From positions 1 through 63,324 of the IMG/VR virus record IMGVR_UViG_3300020021_000007: a stretch of DNA of 63,324 bases; one strand, written 5' to 3'. The notes under the pieces are model-generated. The model made no database searches. It was not told the DNA's origin and saw only the letters and a list, made by a program, of their open reading frames with translations. Both the position numbers and the translations under genes were made by a program. Source of the stretch: a virus. Taxonomy: Duplodnaviria; Caudoviricetes. The stretch's first letter is position 1. Each line of letters begins with the position of its first letter. Below are positions 58,753-63,324 of this stretch, piece by piece.

Positions 58753-59285
58753 GCCTGCTTCCCCTGGTGGTCGAGTGCGTCAAGCTGTTGCTCGCGCAAT
58801 GACTTGGTTTGCGGTTTGCCGATGAAGTTGCGGTCAGCACCTGGTTCCTTCGGCGGTGCAGGCGGTTTGTCCGCGCGTGCAATCGCTTGCTCGGGGCTGA
58901 ACACACCCGACGGGTAACGCTTCATAAGCTTGACCGTGTTCGCTGCCTGGATGTCTTCGTCGGTCAAGCCCAACATGTTGAGCATCGATTGGTAATACCA
59001 TCGCAGGTCACCCATCTCTTCGATGATGTGCTCAACGTCAATCGGTTTGCCGTAGATCCAAGACTTCTTGGTGATGTCGAGAAGTTCGCCCGATTCACCC
59101 GCCATGCCGGTGGTGTGGTGGTGCGCTTCAGACGCTGCGTCCGGCATTTCCTTGCCCAAGTTCTCAACGAACTGCGGGTAGGAACAGAATTCGCCGCTGG
59201 TGCGCTTGGCGCGGATTGCAAGTGTCTGACCGCTGATATTCGACTTGAGCGGCTCTTGTAGTTCGAGACGATACTTAGTAGGCAT
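58749..59285 (-). CDS. MazG-like NTP pyrophosphohydrolase
   Basis: GESGELLD..KK, EEMGDL.WY, N..KL.KRY. Confidence 0.88.
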   Translation of the reverse strand: MPTKYRLELQEPLKSNISGQTLAIRAKRTSGEFCSYPQFVENLGKEMPDAASEAHHHTTGMAGESGELLDITKKSWIYGKPIDVEHIIEEMGDLRWYYQSMLNMLGLTDEDIQAANTVKLMKRYPSGVFSPEQAIARADKPPAPPKEPGADRNFIGKPQTKSLREQQLDALDHQGKQA

Positions 59286-59341
59286 GTAGACTCCGTTGAA
59301 GTGGTGCCCATACTAATGCACGGGCAAATAATCAGGCAAGG

Positions 59342-61771
59342 CTAATCTTTTGCCGAATGAATTGGCAAATCAACAATCATGTAGCATTTGCCTCGGTAAT
59401 TGTAGTCGACCATTGCTTTAGCCTTCTCGATTTCCTTGAGCCAACCAGCGTCGGTGAACTCGCGTATCGCTTGCGTCAGCGACTGCGTCGCACCCATGCG
59501 GTTCTTCGCGAACACTGCCAAGCGCGCGGTGCGGATTTGCAGGTAGCTTGAGGGAACCACATTGTCGGAATGCATCTTCGGGTTAGGTTTATAACCCTGT
59601 GCTGGCATGCCTTCCATGTATTCGCGCAGTATGTTGACGAGCTTGCGCTGCCGACTGTGGTCACCCATGCCGACGTCACCCTTCTCCAGTTTGTTGCGCA
59701 TAATGTTGATGTCGCGACGCACCAGGTCAATCGCCCATTCGATGTGCTCAGGCATAACAATAGGATGCGAAGGTCGATCAGCTGCGCCTAGTAACGCGGC
59801 AATACGTTGAGCTTTGAGCGATGCACGGTTCCACATTTGCCGCCATGCTTCGTCTTTGCTGCCACGGATCTGCGAATCACATTCTGCGTTGAACGTTCGT
59901 ATAATTGCGGAAGCGTCATCGGTGCGTGCTACCAACAACGACTCGCGCCCGCTTGGATTGATTGCACCACCTGTCCCGTTTATTGACGCAGCCATTGCAG
60001 CGAGATTCGTGATATGATCGAGTATTGCCTGAGGCGGGTTTAAGTTCTGATGCAGGTTTTCGTCCGGTCGATCGCCGTCGTATTCTACAATGGTGAAGCG
60101 TGAGAGGAACCCGTCTGCCATCATCGATTCGGTCAGTGACTCGTAGAACGTATCTGGTGTTGTTTCGCCTATCATGCTGTATGCGACACCGCTCACTGAT
60201 TCAATGTTGTTGTCTTTGTTCGAATAGTTCAAACCGCCCATGATCGCTTGAGGCCCTGACTTCTGGTACAGGTTAGTCATGATCGTGCGCAGCGTTGCCA
60301 TCGCTGTGTCGCTACCATCGTCCCTTGCAAGGCGCTTGAGCTTCTGCCCCCATTCACCGGCAACGTTTACGAACGATGCATTGGTGGCACAGAACTTGAC
60401 CAGCGCTGGCCCTGAAACAAAGTCGTTGAACTGCACAAACGATTGCAGCGCCGGTGAACGCGACGCTTTAATGATCGCACTGATACCGGAATGCATTGCT
60501 TCCTTACCAACACCAGAACGTGCAATGAGAATGATGTACAGGTTTAAACCTGATTGCGGTATGTGCCAGGCTTTGCCCATGATCCCAGCAAGTAGTCCAA
60601 GCGCCGACACGATCGCAACCTGCTTCACCGGGCGCGGCGCACTACTATATATGAATTCCGCAACAGCACCCGCGAAGCCGGGTGGGTATTCAAGCGCACC
60701 GTCCCTACTAGGTGGTGGCGTTGTAAGCGTAGCGGCTGCGACAACAGCGGGCATGGGTGCTGGCAATGCGGTGTGCTCGGTTGAACCCAGCGGCACATGT
60801 TCAGCTTGCGTCATTACCTTGGACTTGTTTATAAGGTCTTGCGCGTTCTGTCGGTCTTGCGCGTTTGTTTCTTCGTTGGCTTGCCTGTGGCGAATTAGGC
60901 GCAACGTGTAGTTGAGGTATCGGTCGTTCTTGACAGCCTTCTCTCGCTTGCCGAGTTCGCTTTGTCGAAACAATCTGCGGCACTGCGAATTGATGTCCGA
61001 GTAGAACGTGAACATAGACATCAACGCCAGGTCCGCTTCAGACTGACTCGGGAAGTTGTATTGCTCGTACCGACCGCAACACAGCTCGTTGAACTTGAAT
61101 GCGTTCTCCGCGTTCGTTGCTAGGTAATAGATGAACGCATCGTCACATAGTTCCTCTTCTGGGTCTTGCGGTAGTTCGACCAGCGAACCAAGCGGCGAGC
61201 GTTTGTCGACCGAGTTCATCATGTCTTGCAACATGAGTTCGACCAAGTCTTGGCGATCCTCGATCAACGGGCTGAGCCCTGCTAAGCGGTCACCGGTGCA
61301 TACAATGAAGCGTGCTTGTGAGTACACCTCGACACCATCGCGGCGCCGGCCTTCACCAATGTCCGCGCGCACCCATACGTGCAACCCTTTGCCCGACACA
61401 CTGCGTTCAGTGTAGCTGGCAAAAGCCTGCATGATGAAGTTGTAACGGTTTGCATCTGCAGGCGTCGACCACTTGCTAGGGTCGATCGGTTTGCCCTTGC
61501 GTGCTTGCGACTCAGCGTCTGTCCAGTCAAGGTCGATGCAGCAATACGGATCAGTATCACTGATCACGTAACCGATGCTAAGCCCGTGTTCGTATGCGTA
61601 GCGCGCTGCAACGCTGAAGCTGCACCAGGTACGCGGGTCCGTAACAGAGCCGTTGTACGTGCGCCCGTGTGCGTCAATGCCAAGCGGTGCTTTCGTCGGA
61701 CCCGCAACTAACCATTGCGGCCGAGAGATCAGCTCGTCAGGAATTTGACCCCATAAAGGGGCCTGAGACAT
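59342..61771 (-). CDS. Primase-polymerase / helicase fusion
   Basis: IDLD, YTERSVSGKGLHVW, SQSEAD; C-terminal ARSGVGKE P-loop and GFLSRF (DUF3987-like). Confidence 0.85.
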   Translation of the reverse strand: MSQAPLWGQIPDELISRPQWLVAGPTKAPLGIDAHGRTYNGSVTDPRTWCSFSVAARYAYEHGLSIGYVISDTDPYCCIDLDWTDAESQARKGKPIDPSKWSTPADANRYNFIMQAFASYTERSVSGKGLHVWVRADIGEGRRRDGVEVYSQARFIVCTGDRLAGLSPLIEDRQDLVELMLQDMMNSVDKRSPLGSLVELPQDPEEELCDDAFIYYLATNAENAFKFNELCCGRYEQYNFPSQSEADLALMSMFTFYSDINSQCRRLFRQSELGKREKAVKNDRYLNYTLRLIRHRQANEETNAQDRQNAQDLINKSKVMTQAEHVPLGSTEHTALPAPMPAVVAAATLTTPPPSRDGALEYPPGFAGAVAEFIYSSAPRPVKQVAIVSALGLLAGIMGKAWHIPQSGLNLYIILIARSGVGKEAMHSGISAIIKASRSPALQSFVQFNDFVSGPALVKFCATNASFVNVAGEWGQKLKRLARDDGSDTAMATLRTIMTNLYQKSGPQAIMGGLNYSNKDNNIESVSGVAYSMIGETTPDTFYESLTESMMADGFLSRFTIVEYDGDRPDENLHQNLNPPQAILDHITNLAAMAASINGTGGAINPSGRESLLVARTDDASAIIRTFNAECDSQIRGSKDEAWRQMWNRASLKAQRIAALLGAADRPSHPIVMPEHIEWAIDLVRRDINIMRNKLEKGDVGMGDHSRQRKLVNILREYMEGMPAQGYKPNPKMHSDNVVPSSYLQIRTARLAVFAKNRMGATQSLTQAIREFTDAGWLKEIEKAKAMVDYNYRGKCYMIVDLPIHSAKD

Positions 61772-61899
61772 TTAAAGACCTTCGTATTCGTCGGAGGTTG
61801 CGGTAACTGCTTGATGGCAAAGGCTTTGTAGTGTCATAGATTTATCCAAATGTTAGGCGCAAGGGTGAGCACTTTACGGGTAACGCGCGCAACGCGCAA

Positions 61900-62097
61900 C
61901 TACACCTGTTTAATGGGTCGCGGCGGAACTGGTACTAGCTTAGCAGCGTGATACGCTGCGCGTGCTTCTTCAACGTGCGCGTCCCATTGTTTCATTGCAG
62001 CTTTGCGAGCAGCAACGCGGGCGCGCCATTCAAGGCAGAACGTTTTGATCCAAGCATTGCGTTGCTTGCATTGTTCAAACCAGTTAATTTCAGCCAT
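61900..62097 (-). CDS. Hypothetical protein
   Basis: GGAG SD. Confidence 0.6.
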   Translation of the reverse strand: MAEINWFEQCKQRNAWIKTFCLEWRARVAARKAAMKQWDAHVEEARAAYHAAKLVPVPPRPIKQV

Positions 62098-62447
62098 TAC
62101 TAGACTCCAATGTTAATAATAAAAAGCAATACTATAGCGTTTTTACACCTAACGCCATTAACGCATTAGCGTGGGGTGCGTGCGGCTATACGCGCCGCCC
62201 GATACGTCTAGTAGATAAGTAGATAGATGATATAGGCACTATAGGTTAATGTGTTAATAATGTTATTATATATCTATAGATACTGACCGCATGCGGTACC
62301 ACATTTAGAACGAAGAAGCAATAACATATCTGGTGAATTACATTAACCGAGCGTATGCATCATAGTGTGGTTATTTAATTTGAATAGGGTTGCCAATTAT
62401 AATAAACTGGTATAGGGTTGTGTTGATGCATCTTAAAGGCGTAAGTC
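62098..62447. other. AT-rich divergent intergenic region (promoters, possible origin)
   Basis: Strand switch; TGTTAATAAT twice; TAGATA repeats. Confidence 0.5.
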
Positions 62448-62654
62448 ATGAACCATGGATTGACAATTGCGATGCGGAGCTGCCTCTTGAAAGCAGCACG
62501 CACACGACTTGCACAGCTCCACGAAGAATACGAGGGGTTGTTGGTGCAATTACTAATGACCGCGCAACGCGATGTGTTGTTCAGCGAGATAGCATGCGTC
62601 ACCGCCGCTATCGCTTGGCTTTGGGCACAACCTGCAACGGACGATGGGAGGTAA
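62448..62654 (+). CDS. Hypothetical protein
   Basis: First ORF of + arm. Confidence 0.5.
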   Translation: MNHGLTIAMRSCLLKAARTRLAQLHEEYEGLLVQLLMTAQRDVLFSEIACVTAAIAWLWAQPATDDGR

Positions 62655-62796
62655 CATGCGAAAAGATAGAAGTTTCGAACGTGCGTTTTTCAAGGCTATT
62701 GGAATAATGATTGCTGTCATCGCAATCTTTGGTTCCATAATCTATGCGTTGATGTGCTGGGTGGACACCGAGCCATGAATATCGAACGTCTAGGCA

Positions 62797-62852
62797 ATTT
62801 TGTGAACTGGTTGGCGGTTCCAGCGTTCGTAGCTCTGCTATGGTACGGGTCA
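62797..62852 (+). promoter_or_regulatory. CRP half-box promoter, leaderless
   Basis: TGTGAACTGG at 62801; TG-C-TATGGT ending 62844; ATG at 62852. Confidence 0.6.
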
Positions 62853-63037
62853 TGAACGCACAGCTTAAATTCGAACCGCTTAAGACTCAGCCCATGCCGA
62901 CGCGTGAGCGCTTGAACCGCATCGCGGAAGGTTTGCAGGGTTGGATCGACGGTAAGGTCGCTGATCACAATGCGCGTCGCGCTGCGGATCGGCGGGTCAA
63001 CTACTCCGTGCAAGGGTGGAACATATGCCAAACATGA
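62852..63037 (+). CDS. Allele B of 338-523
   Basis: Near-identical protein. Confidence 0.8.
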   Translation: MNAQLKFEPLKTQPMPTRERLNRIAEGLQGWIDGKVADHNARRAADRRVNYSVQGWNICQT

Positions 63038-63231
63038 TCACGCTCGAAGTTGAAATCGTCATTAAGGCAAAGTTGCCTTCCCTCACGCAGCGCGCTATAC
63101 GCAAGCTTGAGCGCGGCGGTGTTGTGGTCACCAGCGTTGACACCAGCGCGAACCGTTGCACCGTACACGGCACGCTTAAAGTGCGCGCAACACCGCTGTA
63201 TCCCGATGAACACGCTTCGTGGCGGAGGTAG
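63025..63231 (+). CDS. Allele B of 516-698
   Basis: Same protein with different C-terminus. Confidence 0.8.
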   Translation: MPNMITLEVEIVIKAKLPSLTQRAIRKLERGGVVVTSVDTSANRCTVHGTLKVRATPLYPDEHASWRR

Positions 63232-63324
63232 CATGAAATCCATTCTGTTCGTATTGCTGATGCGCATCAACGGCGACACCAGTGCGGTAGCTGTGTACGA
63301 GTCCATAGAGCAGTGCCGTGACGC

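Larger units (their letters stand above)
62657..63324. repeat. Right copy of imperfect terminal repeat (allele B)
   Basis: Homologous to 1-792, lacks ORF 222-341. Confidence 0.95.

Noticed and set aside
1-63324. Prophage/lysogeny module or alternative genetic code
   Set aside because: No integrase, repressor or host flanks recognised; genes are intact in the standard bacterial code with all three stop codons used

Overview
The window is an essentially complete (~62.7 kb unit), probably virulent siphovirus genome, likely infecting a Gram-negative host (holin/endolysin/embedded spanin pair; no integrase or repressor seen). Position 1 recurs at 62657, and the two ends carry two different alleles of the same ~0.7 kb early region. 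The + strand carries small early/accessory ORFs, nucleotide-metabolism genes (dCMP deaminase, Nudix, T5 A1-like metallo-nuclease, dNMP kinase), a UvrD helicase, lysis, packaging, head and long non-contractile tail genes (1-41.2 kb). The - strand (41.2-62.1 kb) carries a family B DNA polymerase, beta-clamp, a 7-deazaguanine DNA-modification cluster (dpdA, PRTase-folE fusion, queD, Zn-site-less queC, queE), helicase, exonuclease, SSB, Sak4, a stand-alone TopoVI-A/Toprim-like protein, ligase, MazG and primase-helicase. The architecture resembles Queuovirinae/YuA-like phages (from recall, not a search). Most notable: (i) eight early promoters with a CRP/Clp-like box at about -41, several driving leaderless mRNAs; (ii) a four-member paralogous putative DNA-binding domain family; (iii) a phosphoribosyltransferase fused to FolE in the DNA-modification cluster; (iv) candidate structured RNAs. 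All calls come from visual motif recognition; no database searches were run.
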